Positions 1-10,285 of a DNA stretch of 20,000 nt are shown piece after piece. The translations under genes were made by a program, and so were the position numbers. Origin of the DNA: Craspedostauros australis (taxonomy: Eukaryota); the NCBI GenBank assembly GCA_030167865.1, contig JALAGF010003692.1, forward strand, positions 54,078 through 74,077. Direction: 5' to 3'. The notes beneath the pieces were generated by a model. The model ran no database searches, had not been told where the DNA came from, and worked only from the letters and a program-made list of their open reading frames with translations. Every line of letters starts with the position of its first letter. The stretch's first letter is position 1.

Positions 1-2829
1 GTTCTTGCGCAGCTTGGCCAATCGATCCTTGACACTTTGCAGTGCCACCTCTCTCTCCATCAGCGTCATGTGCGTCGATTTGGATTCGTACGATTCCGAG
101 GTCAGCAATGTTCTGGCATCGACGGGGCCATCGGCAGAAGTCGAATTGGAGTTGTCTGGTTGCGCATCGCCATTCTGCTGCTGCTGCTGCTCGCGTTGCT
201 GCTTCAGCGTCATGAGCTGCATCTGTCGTCTAGCCGTGTCTTCCAGCAACCGAATGCCGCGCAAGATGTTGACCTTGTCCTTGACCATGTCGACCTTGAG
301 ACGTTTTTGCATGAGGTCGACGAAGATCATGTCCTTCTGCACTTCATTGTGCAGAATTTGCAGCTCTTCTCCGACGGGACGGTTGTCGAGGTCCATCACG
401 TCGTCATCATCCATGCCGATGGCACCGCTCGCGTTTGGATCGAAACCGGACGATTGCGCCAGCATCTTGTCCCCCATTTCGATGGCGGCAATCTTCTCGA
501 GCAAGCGCACCACCCTGGGATCGTGTTCCCCGAATCGATCCCATCGGATGTTTAACGCCTGCCGGTAATGTTCCAACGCGTGCTCCTTCTCGCTTTCCAT
601 GTCGCTGTCGGGCGCTCTGCAGCGGTAGATCGCCCAGTGCACATCGCCCATGTTGGACCAGACCGTGGCGACGTCCTTGTCATCCTCCCCCAGATTGGAT
701 TGCATGATCTGCAGAGCCTCCGAGTAGGCCAGCAGGGCATTCGAGAACTCCCTGCGCAGGTAGTGCACGCTGCCAATGTTGTTGAGCGTCTTTCCTACGC
801 TGAGGGAGTCCTTGCCCAAAATTTCTCGCTTGATGCGCAGGCTCTTCTTGTAGGCCGCCATGGTCTCGTCGTGCGTCGCCTCTCCGGACCGTTGGCGCAG
901 GTACCCGATGTTGTTGATGGAGGTGGCCATGCTCACGAGCAGCTTGGCGTCCGCCTTTTCTGGATTGCGCACCAAATTCTCTCCCTCCAGCGCCTCGTCG
1001 AGTATGTCATCCGCCTCGTCGAGCAAGGTGTGGAAGGTGCGTCGCTTCAACCGCAGCGCCTTGGTGTAGGTCTCCATCGCCTTGTCGTAGTATCCCTTTT
1101 CGAAGAGGAGGTTTCCCTTGGCATCCAACGCCGCAGCAGCCCTCGCGATGCGCTCCGTCTCACGTCGTTGCGCTCGCTGTTCTGCCGGTGAAAGCGCGTG
1201 CGGAGAACCGCCTGCGCTGCGTTTGGTGGGAGAGGATGCCGGTTTGGAGGCAGGACCAGATGCAGACGGAGTATGTCCGTTGCTCCTGGTCTTTCTGGTT
1301 GGAGTCTGCACCGTGCGACAGAGGAGATCGAGGTCCACGTCGTCATCATGAGCGTCGTCGTCATCGTCGCCTTCGTCATCCGTGCCTTGCCTCGTCGCCT
1401 TGTTGGTGGGTGTCGACCTCTTTGATTTGCGGAATGCCATCATGCCCTTGGCCGCCTGGAAGGAGGAGGCCACGGCTCTGGTGGCGCTTCTGCCGAATGT
1501 TTTCTTCCTGCCGGACGTGGCACTGATGCGTTGGCGCCGTTTCATGGTTGCGGAGGACACGAAGGTGCCATCCTTGGACGGCACGAGCGTGGCCGATGCG
1601 GATGGCGCGGACGACAACGATGATTCTGCTTCGGATGCGTCGGGGTTGAGGACCTCATTGCGCTTCGCCTTGGTGGTGGTGGAAGACGAGACCGCGGCCT
1701 TGGAGAGATTGGACAGAGACTTGGCGGTCGCAGTGTTCTGTGCCTGCGTCTGTGCTTGCATGTGCGCCTTCCCCTTGTTCTTGTGCCTGTTGGAACGAAA
1801 GAGAAATCCCTTCTTGTGCGACATTGATGATTTGGAGGTTGGCGTAGCGGCGGTAACCACAGCATCAGCCGATGCCGTGCGTGTACGGTTGCGAGCGCTG
1901 GTATCATGATTGGGCGTGGACGGTGACTGTTCTTGCACCGCCATCTTTCGGACTGCCGCAGTATCGCCGTGTGAATCGTTCGATCGTGTTTCCACACGAT
2001 GTCGGTTCTCGTTTTGGTACTGATTTTGGGAATGTTGTTGTTGCGAATGTTGTCGATGCTGATGTGCGGCGTCATCGTCCTCCGGCACATCATGGGGTTG
2101 ACGAGAGCGACCGGTGCTATGCCGTCGGCTCTTCTGTTGTGGTTGTTGTTGTTGCTGCTGTTGCTGCTGTTGTTGCTCCTCCTCCTGGCTTTGAGTTCGG
2201 TTGTGCTGGTATGTGCGCGAGTGATGCGATACACTTGCGTTCGTTCGCAATGCAGCATTGGCAGTGCTGTTGGCAGTCTCCCTGCCATGCGATGACCGTC
2301 CGTTGGTGTGACCACTGGCGTGCTGATGTTGTTCTGCAAGATTGTTGTGCACATGTTGTGGCAGAGTGGCGGACGCAGACATCGGCATTGCCATCGATGA
2401 TGAGGATGGCGAAGCGGCGGCAGTCAAAGACGCAAACTGGCCTGCCGTGATGGGTTGCGCAGCCACGCTTGTATTCGCATTTGCATGTGTTTGTTCATGT
2501 GTATTGCGTGTGCGCGAGTGCGGATGCGGATGTGAATTGGATGCGGAGGTGCTCTGGGTGGAGGCGGAGTTGGTGGAGCCTTTGTTGCCTGCATTCGCGT
2601 ACAGGGACTCGTGCACGTCGATGCGCACATGCTCCGTTTTGGGTTCCGCATGACTGCCTGTGGTTCTATTTGCAGCTGCAGTAGCGGTACCACCGTTGGC
2701 ATGCTTCGCACTGTTCGTGGCCTGCTGCGCATGGGTGCGTCTGTCTCTGTGCTTGCTCTTGCCGTCGGCATGCTGCGACTGTCCCCGTTTCCCCGCCGTT
2801 CGACGGAGCTTCTGCAACAGCGAGGGCAT
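1..2829 (-). CDS. TPR-repeat protein (kinesin-light-chain/nephrocystin-3-type TPR_12 repeats) with long disordered N-terminus; runs off the window edge with no stop
   Basis: Manual translation shows the minus frame open from 2922 to 1 (upstream stop at 2923-2925). First ATG is at 2829 (MPSLLQKLRRTAGK...), giving at least 943 aa. The TPR block at about 1140-490 reads AAALDAKGNLLFEKGYYDKAMETYTKALRLKRR; MATSINNIGYLRQRSG...MAAYKKSLRIKREILGKDSLS; VGKTLNNIGSVHYLRREFSNALLAYSEALQIMQSNLGEDDKD; VATVWSNMGDVHW...ALEHYRQALNIRWDRFGEHDPRV. It is probably absent from the ORF track because it has no stop inside the window. Confidence 0.88.
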   Translation of the reverse strand, partial: MPSLLQKLRRTAGKRGQSQHADGKSKHRDRRTHAQQATNSAKHANGGTATAAANRTTGSHAEPKTEHVRIDVHESLYANAGNKGSTNSASTQSTSASNSHPHPHSRTRNTHEQTHANANTSVAAQPITAGQFASLTAAASPSSSSMAMPMSASATLPQHVHNNLAEQHQHASGHTNGRSSHGRETANSTANAALRTNASVSHHSRTYQHNRTQSQEEEQQQQQQQQQQQPQQKSRRHSTGRSRQPHDVPEDDDAAHQHRQHSQQQHSQNQYQNENRHRVETRSNDSHGDTAAVRKMAVQEQSPSTPNHDTSARNRTRTASADAVVTAATPTSKSSMSHKKGFLFRSNRHKNKGKAHMQAQTQAQNTATAKSLSNLSKAAVSSSTTTKAKRNEVLNPDASEAESSLSSAPSASATLVPSKDGTFVSSATMKRRQRISATSGRKKTFGRSATRAVASSFQAAKGMMAFRKSKRSTPTNKATRQGTDDEGDDDDDAHDDDVDLDLLCRTVQTPTRKTRSNGHTPSASGPASKPASSPTKRSAGGSPHALSPAEQRAQRRETERIARAAAALDAKGNLLFEKGYYDKAMETYTKALRLKRRTFHTLLDEADDILDEALEGENLVRNPEKADAKLLVSMATSINNIGYLRQRSGEATHDETMAAYKKSLRIKREILGKDSLSVGKTLNNIGSVHYLRREFSNALLAYSEALQIMQSNLGEDDKDVATVWSNMGDVHWAIYRCRAPDSDMESEKEHALEHYRQALNIRWDRFGEHDPRVVRLLEKIAAIEMGDKMLAQSSGFDPNASGAIGMDDDDVMDLDNRPVGEELQILHNEVQKDMIFVDLMQKRLKVDMVKDKVNILRGIRLLEDTARRQMQLMTLKQQREQQQQQNGDAQPDNSNSTSADGPVDARTLLTSESYESKSTHMTLMEREVALQSVKDRLAKLRKN
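2134..2184 (-). repeat. CAG/CAA poly-Q tract preceded by EEE, inside the TPR gene
   Basis: (TTG/CTG)n on the + strand translates as EEEQQQQQQQQQQPQQ in the minus-strand frame. Confidence 0.85.
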
Positions 2830-3430
2830 GGGCTGCTCTCGACTTCTCCTTCCTCGCTTGCCTTCCCCAGTTGATTGCCGTTGCTTGATCGTTGCTTCTT
2901 GCTCCCCTTGATTGTTCTTCGATCAACTGCTGCGCTTGCCAGAGTCGTCGTGCTTGCTATCGTTGCTATCTTCGTTGCTGTGTTCTTGTTGGTGCTTGAC
3001 GCCCCAAAGGCCCAGCACTCTGCATGCAGATGCAAGCTATTGTGATTATGATTGTTCTGCTCTCCTTCGTCTCTGGAAAGGAGGCGATGTTTTGCAGATC
3101 ACTCTCGTGTCTCTCGTTGTGCCTGTCTTGTTTGTTTGTGCGTGGAACAGTTGGCGCGTCTCTTGGTGGCAACGATGACAGCAAATGTGTCTTTGTGTAG
3201 TAAAACTACGCGCACTGTGGTGTCCCTTGTGACAACAAGTGTTCGTGACTTTGTTGGTCACGATTGCGGGAATGGGAAACTCCAAATCGTGTTCTGTCAA
3301 ATCACTCAGCGAAGTGAGATGGCGGCGTGTGTGTGTGGACAAGTGATTCACTTCAACCAAGCATGGTACTGGCGCGGACACAAGCCAACGCCTCCTTCAC
3401 AAGCACTTCCCAGTGCCGGATCTCAACGAG

Positions 3431-3470
3431 ATGCAATACAATGCAATGCAATACAACGCAACGCAACGCG
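3431..3470. repeat. Degenerate pentanucleotide microsatellite (ATGCA/ATACA/ACGCA)n
   Basis: atgca ataca atgca atgca ataca acgca acgca acgcg: 8 units, intergenic. Confidence 0.8.
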
Positions 3471-3989
3471 ATGGTTGCACATCGAGGTCACACCTGTCAT
3501 GCAGCACCATTGCTGCAAGTACACACTCACATCTCTGTTGTTATGAGCTTGAGCTGCGTTTGGATACTCATACCATACGTTGCCATAACTATCTTTGGCC
3601 ATCCGTTGCATCGTATTATACTTATGTATTCTATCTCACATTCGGTTGCTGACGATAGTGGTGGCAGTGCTGCGTGTTGGCGCCATCCTCCGCTGATTTC
3701 ATGTTGCATTTTGCTTCCGTAAGAATTCGGAACACGACTGGTTGCTTGGTGCTTCACCATGACAAGAATCATGCTCATCATCCATCATCCATGCACGACA
3801 GGCTCATGTGAGTGCGATGGTGCATCCGAGTCCGCTGCCTCCAAGAATTGGATACTCCTCGTTCGTGCTCCACGCTTATTCTACTCCTGCCAAACAGTGG
3901 GAGACAAAAGTTCGTTGTCTGTAACCCCCTCTCCATTCCTGCAAGACAATGACAATGTGCCAATCCAACAGTACCAATACCAGCACCGA

Positions 3990-5050
3990 TCATTTCTTCG
4001 CTTTCTTGCTTTTGGTTTTGTCCGCCTTGGCCTTGGCCTTCTCTTCTTTTGCGATGCGCTTTTGCATGGAACCCAGGATGATGCCGAAGATGGTGCCCAG
4101 CACGTACCCGTACGTGGCACCCACAACGACGGGTATCGGCCAGCGCTGGATCTGCGTGCCGCGGTCCAGAATCAGGAACAGCTGGAATGGGATCATCACG
4201 GCCAGCATTCCGTACAACCGGCTCGTTGCCAAGATGTCGATCGATGCGCCACGGAATGGCAATTGATTCAGCACGTTGGACTCGCCCGCCATTGTGCCCG
4301 TGTCGCAGGTGGTGGTCAACAAGCTCGCCACGTACAGGGCGCTCACGATGGAATGCCAAGGATGCGTCACGATGTTGGCGCCGCACACGCCTAACAGGGC
4401 GTACACGAGTGCCGAAAGTCGCAGGTATGCGACGTTGTAGGTGGTGAACAGGGTGGGGTCCTCCGCGTACTTCGACATGTAGATGATGACGATGGGGAGC
4501 ATCACGTACACGTTCAGTCTCTGGAACGGGATTGGTTCCTTCAGAATTTCAGATGGGTCCATGTCCGCCTGCTCAGTCATGAAGTACATCGCATCGTATT
4601 GCGTTGCGTTACGGTTACGTTACACCACATTTGGTTTCACCACGTTCCAATGCATGATATCATTTGCATCAATGAATGTCCGTATGTGAGGGAAGGCATG
4701 TGTCAGAGAGTGAGTGTTGACGGGGATTTGGGACAGAGAGAGAGAGAGATTACAGTGCGGATGCGACCTCCGCAGAAACGGCAAGGACCACGCAGGAACG
4801 CAGCAACTGCCTCCATGACAGTGCGTCAACTTGAACTCAAATTGACGTCCCCGCCGTCCCATACAATCAGTCAAACAAGCCAAGGAATTCCATCTTGTAC
4901 CATACGTACCATCTCCTTGCCTTGCTGCTTCAAGAACTGCAGAATGATGAGGTGCGTCCATCCCACGAACAGACTGCAGGATACGGTGGATTTGAAGACG
5001 CCCAGGATATCCTGCGCCTTTCGTCGTGTCATTGCCGATGCGCGCGCCAT
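3990..5050 (-). CDS. PIGF: GPI-anchor biosynthesis protein PIG-F/GPI11-like, two exons (5050-4910, 4568-3990), about 239 aa
   Basis: Multi-pass hydrophobic protein. The C-terminal motif LILDRGTQIQRWPIPVVVGATYGYVLG matches the PIG-F consensus LDWxRxWQxWPxxxxxGAxxGYxxG, and the upstream LxGAxxxxxxxHSxxxALYxxxL also fits the family. It ends in ...KSKKAKK, an ER-retrieval di-lysine-like tail. Exon 1 (MARASAMTRRKAQDILG...QQGKEM) joins in phase 0 through a GTACGT donor (4909) and a CAG acceptor (4569). Confidence 0.72.
4569..4909 (-). other. Spliceosomal intron of the PIG-F-like gene (341 nt, predicted)
   Basis: ATG|GTACGT donor and GAGCAG|GCG acceptor give the in-frame junction KEM|ADMDP. TAAC branch-like motifs lie upstream of the acceptor. 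Confidence 0.6.
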
Positions 5051-6208
5051 GGTCAATCAATCTTCTGTTCTTCTTTGCTGTGTATGCGACTGAGTGGGTA
5101 CTTGCTTGATTGTCTTGAGCAAATTACGATAATGTCGCCCAGTGGAGATGTTGTTCTCGTTCTTGTTGTTGATGTTCGATGACAAATGATGATGATGATG
5201 AGGTACTCATGCTCTGCCGCCTGAGTTGTGTGGATTTCGTCTGATGTCTTTTTGCGTTTGTTGTGTTGCGTGGCGTGATGTCACCGCGGAGTTTTGGCGG
5301 GACGTCATCTTGCCCAGACACATTTCAAGCACCAGGCATACACGAGCGTGACTGAGCCATCACTGACTTTGGACACGTACTTCTTTAGCTTCTAAAATGT
5401 CACACGGGACTGATGGATGACAGGTTGCGCGGTTCTTCCTTGCTCAAGTTGCAGTTGTTCGTTGTGACCCACGAGGAGAGATGATGGTGTTGTGGCCGAA
5501 AACGTTTTTTGTCGCGGCAAACGTTGCTGTCGTGCGTTCCTTCTGGTTGGAGGATTGATTCCGACGCCAAAATTGATGACGAACCCATCTCGTTTGTGAC
5601 GATGTTGATGTCTCGCTGGTGTTGGTTGTGTTTCCTTGGCAACCCTCGACCACCAACACTTGTTTCTTCCGCACACCGCGTGTCCGTAAGAATACGAGTG
5701 CTCTCGTGCATGTTCATCAAACTTCCACTGCCACGAAACCTCAACTGCGCATCGGCTCATTCGCACCAGAGCATACCAAAGCCCAAGTAAAACAGAGCAA
5801 ACCGAAGCAAAGCAAAGCGCTTGATCAGTTCTGCAGAGTAACTTGGATGTTCCACAAACCAGTCGGCTATTTCTCCACTTCTCAATCTCGCACAGACTCG
5901 TCGACCAGAGCGATCAACAGCCTCAGCAAGGCTTTGCTTGAGTACGGGTGCTCTGAGTGTTGGACTCATTGCCACTCACACGACGCCAGTCCCACAACTT
6001 GTGGCTTGTCACGTTCATGGGTCCACGATACATGTGAAGAGACTATTGCAGGGTACGATCATATTCAGAAAATACGAGTGGAGGACCAGTTGAAGGGCGG
6101 TAGATGAGATCGAAGGTCGGTCGCTTCTTCTGCTGATCAACACCAAGCCACTTCACTCAAGCGAAGTCAAACCAAGTGATCCCACAGAGAGAAAGACAGA
6201 GATTCAAC

Positions 6209-9200
6209 ATGTTCGGATTGAACGATGCAACGTGCGAGCTGGCTCCTTCGTGGAGTCCATGCGACACTGCCTCTGCCGCACAGAAGTTGAAAGACCGTGA
6301 CAATGGTGAAGCCACTACTACGATTGATGGCAGCAACGAAGACAACGGAAGGCGGCGGCTCAGAGCTACATCCAGATGCGCCATGCTCTCCTTCGTTTGT
6401 CATCTTCTGTTGGTCACCCCGACCGTGGTAGATGGCTTTCAAACCACCAACAGCCAAACGCGCAATGACCACATCAACTGTGGTTCAGTGGAGGCAAACA
6501 ATAATGTCGCTCAGCACGATAGGCATCAATTTTCACGACGATACCAGGCACGTCAACAGTCTCAGCAGCGACAGCAGCGGTGGATCACCACCACCATGCT
6601 CAGAGGGACGTTCACGGATGATGAACTTGCGACGGATAGAGATTCCGATCAACACCCAAACAAGAACGAAGCTTCTCTGGATGTACCGCCGATCTCACAA
6701 CCGCCGTCGTCATCATCATCAATGATGCTAACTGCCGCCGACAGCTACTTCTTCAATGTCTCAAAGGAATCCAGCCACAAGAGTACGAGTGCCCGAACAC
6801 ATCAGTCCATGCATTCTACATCATCCAGTACCTCATTTTCTCAGCCAACGTCTGAGCCGCATGCTCAAAGCACCACCATCATCAGCGGCAATGACTTCTT
6901 GTCTTTCAGAAGCAAGGCAAGGGACAACGCAGCCATACAAACAGATGTTCAAACAACAATCAACGGAGATGTTGGCGAGAGCAAAGACTCCGCCAAATCG
7001 AATGCATCGCCACCAGCTGATGAAGAGATGGATGGAATCTCGTCACAAGGTGGGTGGAGACGACCGTTTCAGGTCTTGCGCTCCTCCATCTTCCACAGAC
7101 GGAAGCGAAGACGGCGAGATTCGGATGATGAAACTAGTGACAATGCATCTGCAGCAACCACAACAACCCCTACTGCAGCAACACCTACTGCAGCAACACC
7201 TACTGCTGCTACACCTACTGCTGCTACACCTACTGCTGCTACACATACCGCCTCTGAAAGCAACCAACAGCAAACCGCGGTGAATGAGAACATGCCAACC
7301 ATACCGGGGACAGTGGACCAACAAATCATGGAGATGGGCGAGGGTATCTACAGCACGGCGCAGAACTTCACATCGGATGTTGCCAGCACCATCACTGGCC
7401 GTCTCAGCAGCATGAACCGAAGCGTATCATTGCGACAGCTTTGGAAACGCCGGCATGCGCGCAGTTTTGAAGATGGCATCCGCGGCCAGACGACGGACAC
7501 CGAATCCCGGCTCACGTCGCTGCTGACCCGGACCAAACTCAATGAGACGGCGCCCACAGGGCGGCGGCCGATCGAACGCATCCTCATGGGCCTCATCAAT
7601 GCCGTGGCCGTCGAGGTGGAAGGCATCGACGTCAATCTCCACAGCGTGGCAAAGACGCCCTTCTGGCGCAAGGAGGTGGACTCGTTGCAGATCGATTTCA
7701 ACCGTCTCGGCTTTCAGCCGCTGCGGATGGGTGGAATACACAAGAACACGAACGCGAGCAACACGCAGCAGCTGCTGTTGCAACAGCAGCAACAACTGCG
7801 GCAGGAACAGCAGCTGCAGGAAGAACTGCGACAGCAGCAGCAACAGCAGATATCGCTCTTGGATGCCACCGCGGTTGCGCGACCGGACGACGACCTATCC
7901 TTGGTGGATTCCGCTGATGAAGCCTTTCTGAGAATCGATGCCGACAACAGCGGGACATTGGATACGGAGGAGCTGGCGACGGCCATCGCGATGCTATCGT
8001 CGTTCCGAGTCGACAAGGAATCGGCCTCCAAGATTGCGCGCGAATTGGTGGACATTTACGACTTGAACGGCGACGGCGTCGTGGATCGTGAAGAATACCA
8101 GCAAATGATTGAGGATATGGCCAACCTGCAGCACTCCCAAACAATCAAGAAGAAGAAGGAGGAAGAAAAGGCGTCCTTCGGCGACAGTGTCATGGGCATG
8201 TTCAATGGCGTGCGCAAAATGCTGAACATGACCAATCTCACAACCGCGGCCACAACCTCAACCGCAACCAACAGCGAAGAGGCGGACGGCACCGACGAGC
8301 TCATGATGATGGAGCCCGATTGGGGTTCCATCGTACTGTCGGACATGAAGCTCGATCTGCGCCGTCTGGTGTTTGGCGGCATACCTCTCATCAAGCGGAT
8401 CGCACCTGGAGGCCCGCTGGTGTTGGAGCCTTTCACAGTGACAGTATCCGGTTCCTTCAATTCCGAGGATGTCCTGGGATCCTTCCTCCTGGACTTTGGG
8501 TTGCGCAGCCTCGTCGCACGAGCATTACGCGTCCGCCTGCGATCCTTCCGCGATGTAATCGATGGCGCGTTGCTGTTTGGTCGACAGTGGAAGATGGCCA
8601 GCAAGACCGCTCCCGTTGTCGACGTCCTGGGCCTCGAGAGCGTGGAATTCGATGACCGTAACAAGATGGTCATCACCGGGCGTGCTCGCATTCGCGCCAG
8701 CCCGGACGCACCCATCGTCACGAACACCTTCAAGGTGCGGACCAAAATCGGGACGGGCCGGAACGGGCAATCCATCCGACTAGTGGAACCCGAATTGGCA
8801 TTTGTTTTGGAATGCCCGGAGGCGTTGGAGAAAGGGTGAGTTCATCGATGCTTGGAGTCGTTGTTGCTTCTTGTGTTGTTGCGCGTGGTGCACTAGTACT
8901 GGTACGACAGAAATGAGTCGCTGGTAATTTGTCTGAATGCTTGCGAATGCCCTTGTCCATCTCTAACACAGTTGGCTGGAATGACAATGACACTGCGCTT
9001 CACAATATTGGAAATGGGTTGCGTATCGCGGGGATGTTTCGGATGAACACCTCATGGCAACAATTGATGGGGATGAACGCAACGAAACGGAACGCAACCA
9101 ATGGGCATGAATACGTGCCTCCCACTGTGACCACAAATCCGTACAAATACGAACGTGTGCAAACACATGCACGCTGCAGACTTGGAATCGTTTGTGAGAA

Positions 9201-9813
9201 GCTGGGCATGCCTGCGCCGAAACGACCAGATCCCATCTACTCCTTCTTTCCCATCTATTCACCGTTCAAGGTGGACGAGAATGCTGGATATGACATGGGG
9301 AACGACAACTGCATGGAGGAGATTTACATCAGGGACGGAGCGTTGCGATTCCGCATGAGGGCCGTATTGCGTCCAGGCCGTTTCCTCGGCAGTCATTACT
9401 TGGCGTTCACCGTGCCGGAACGCACGTTCATCATCACGATGGATCGCGTGAAGGAGGGCATCAAAACTGCCCGGAAGAACAAGAAGATTGCCGCCTTGGA
9501 AAAGAAGCTGAAGGCCGATGAAGCCGCAAAGCTGCAGCCAAGGAATCTCACGAAAACCTCCAGATGGAAATCGCTGTCTCCCATCGTGTCCTTCTCGTCG
9601 ATCAAATCCAAACTGCAATCCACAGGTTCCATCCGACGCAAGGTCTTCAGGTGGAAGTCGCGGCAGCAGCCAAAGAGCTTCTTTTCGCGTTTCGTGGAAG
9701 GTTACACATTGTCGGAGGAACGCGATGAAGGAGAGGAGCTGTCTGAGGCTATCAGCACTTTCTTTGGTCGTCAGAGTGGTTCCAACTTCACTGCCCGAAG
9801 TGCGGAAGTGTGA
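6209..9813 (+). CDS. EF-hand-pair protein with probable DUF2993/LmeA-like lipid-binding domain, two exons (6209-8835, 9180-9813), about 1086 aa (1028 aa from ATG 6383); putative bipartite plastid leader
   Basis: Two canonical 12-residue EF loops: DADNSGTLDTEE (7937-7972) and DLNGDGVVDREE (8060-8095). The intron GG|GTGAGT...TGCAG|A restores the frame as LEKG-LGIVCEK. Flanking segments (IERILMGLINAVAVEVEGIDVNL...; PLVLEPFTVTVSGSFNSEDV...; FKVRTKIGTGRNGQSIRLVEPEL; YDMGNDNCMEEIYIRDGALRFRMRAVLRP) resemble DUF2993 from memory of the family. A hydrophobic leader reads MLSFVCHLLLVTPTVVDG|F. Confidence 0.85.
7166..7243 (+). repeat. 15-bp coding tandem repeat (TPTAA x5)
   Basis: cctactgcagcaaca x2 followed by cctactgctgctaca x3. 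Confidence 0.9.
8836..9179 (+). other. Spliceosomal intron (344 nt) of the EF-hand gene
   Basis: GTGAGT donor overlaps the exon-1 ORF stop. A TGCAG acceptor gives a phase-2 junction that forms a GGA codon and joins the two long ORFs. Confidence 0.85.
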
Positions 9814-10216
9814 GCGAGACAAGTCGGGCGCGCGGAGATTGGAAGCGCGCCGCTATCCCGAATAACAGTGGCAACACAGACGAGGTCAACTGTGAAAGAG
9901 TGCAACGGTAATAACAGCAGCAGGTGTAACCAGCAACAGGTCAACAAAGATGAACGCAACAGCGTCGTACGGTATCGAGTACTCCACACTCATGGCCGTC
10001 TGTGTGATCGTCGGCAATTGCGAAGAGTAAGAACATGAAGCCAATCTATGGTATGGTGTGGTGCGGTACATTTACACGTGTGCGTGTTGTCTCCGTTGTT
10101 CATGTACTCTTGGTTCAGCGCCATTGCGTTGTTGTTGTTGTTGTTTCTGCTATTACTGGTGCTTTTGAGACAGAGACAGAGAACGAAGAGAAAGTTGGAT
10201 GGATAGAGTGCATAGG

Positions 10217-10256
10217 TATGGTACGGTGTATGGTACGGTGTGTGGTACGGTGTATG
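10217..10256. repeat. 12-bp tandem repeat (TATGGTACGGTG, about 3.3 copies) just 3' of TRAPPC4
   Basis: tatggtacggtg tatggtacggtg tgtggtacggtg tatg. Confidence 0.85.
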
Positions 10257-10285
10257 ATGCTCGTATGATCGGAATCTATCCGACG

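Noticed and set aside
5..2911. Many 70-270 aa ORFs overlapping the TPR gene (e.g. 568..1191 +, 5..568 +, 1542..2354 -)
   Set aside because: Antisense or alternate-frame shadows of a GC-rich coding sequence; no motifs, and they are explained by the single minus-strand TPR frame.
3052..3781. Short Cys-rich ORFs between the TPR and PIG-F genes
   Set aside because: No coding-like codon bias or recognisable motif, and partly built from a pentamer microsatellite.
5124..6107. ORFs in the divergent interval between PIG-F and the EF-hand gene
   Set aside because: No family motifs; more simply a shared upstream/UTR region.
8929..9179. 8929..9813 as a separate 294-aa gene
   Set aside because: The first 84 codons lie in the GT-AG intron; the remainder is exon 2 of the EF-hand gene.
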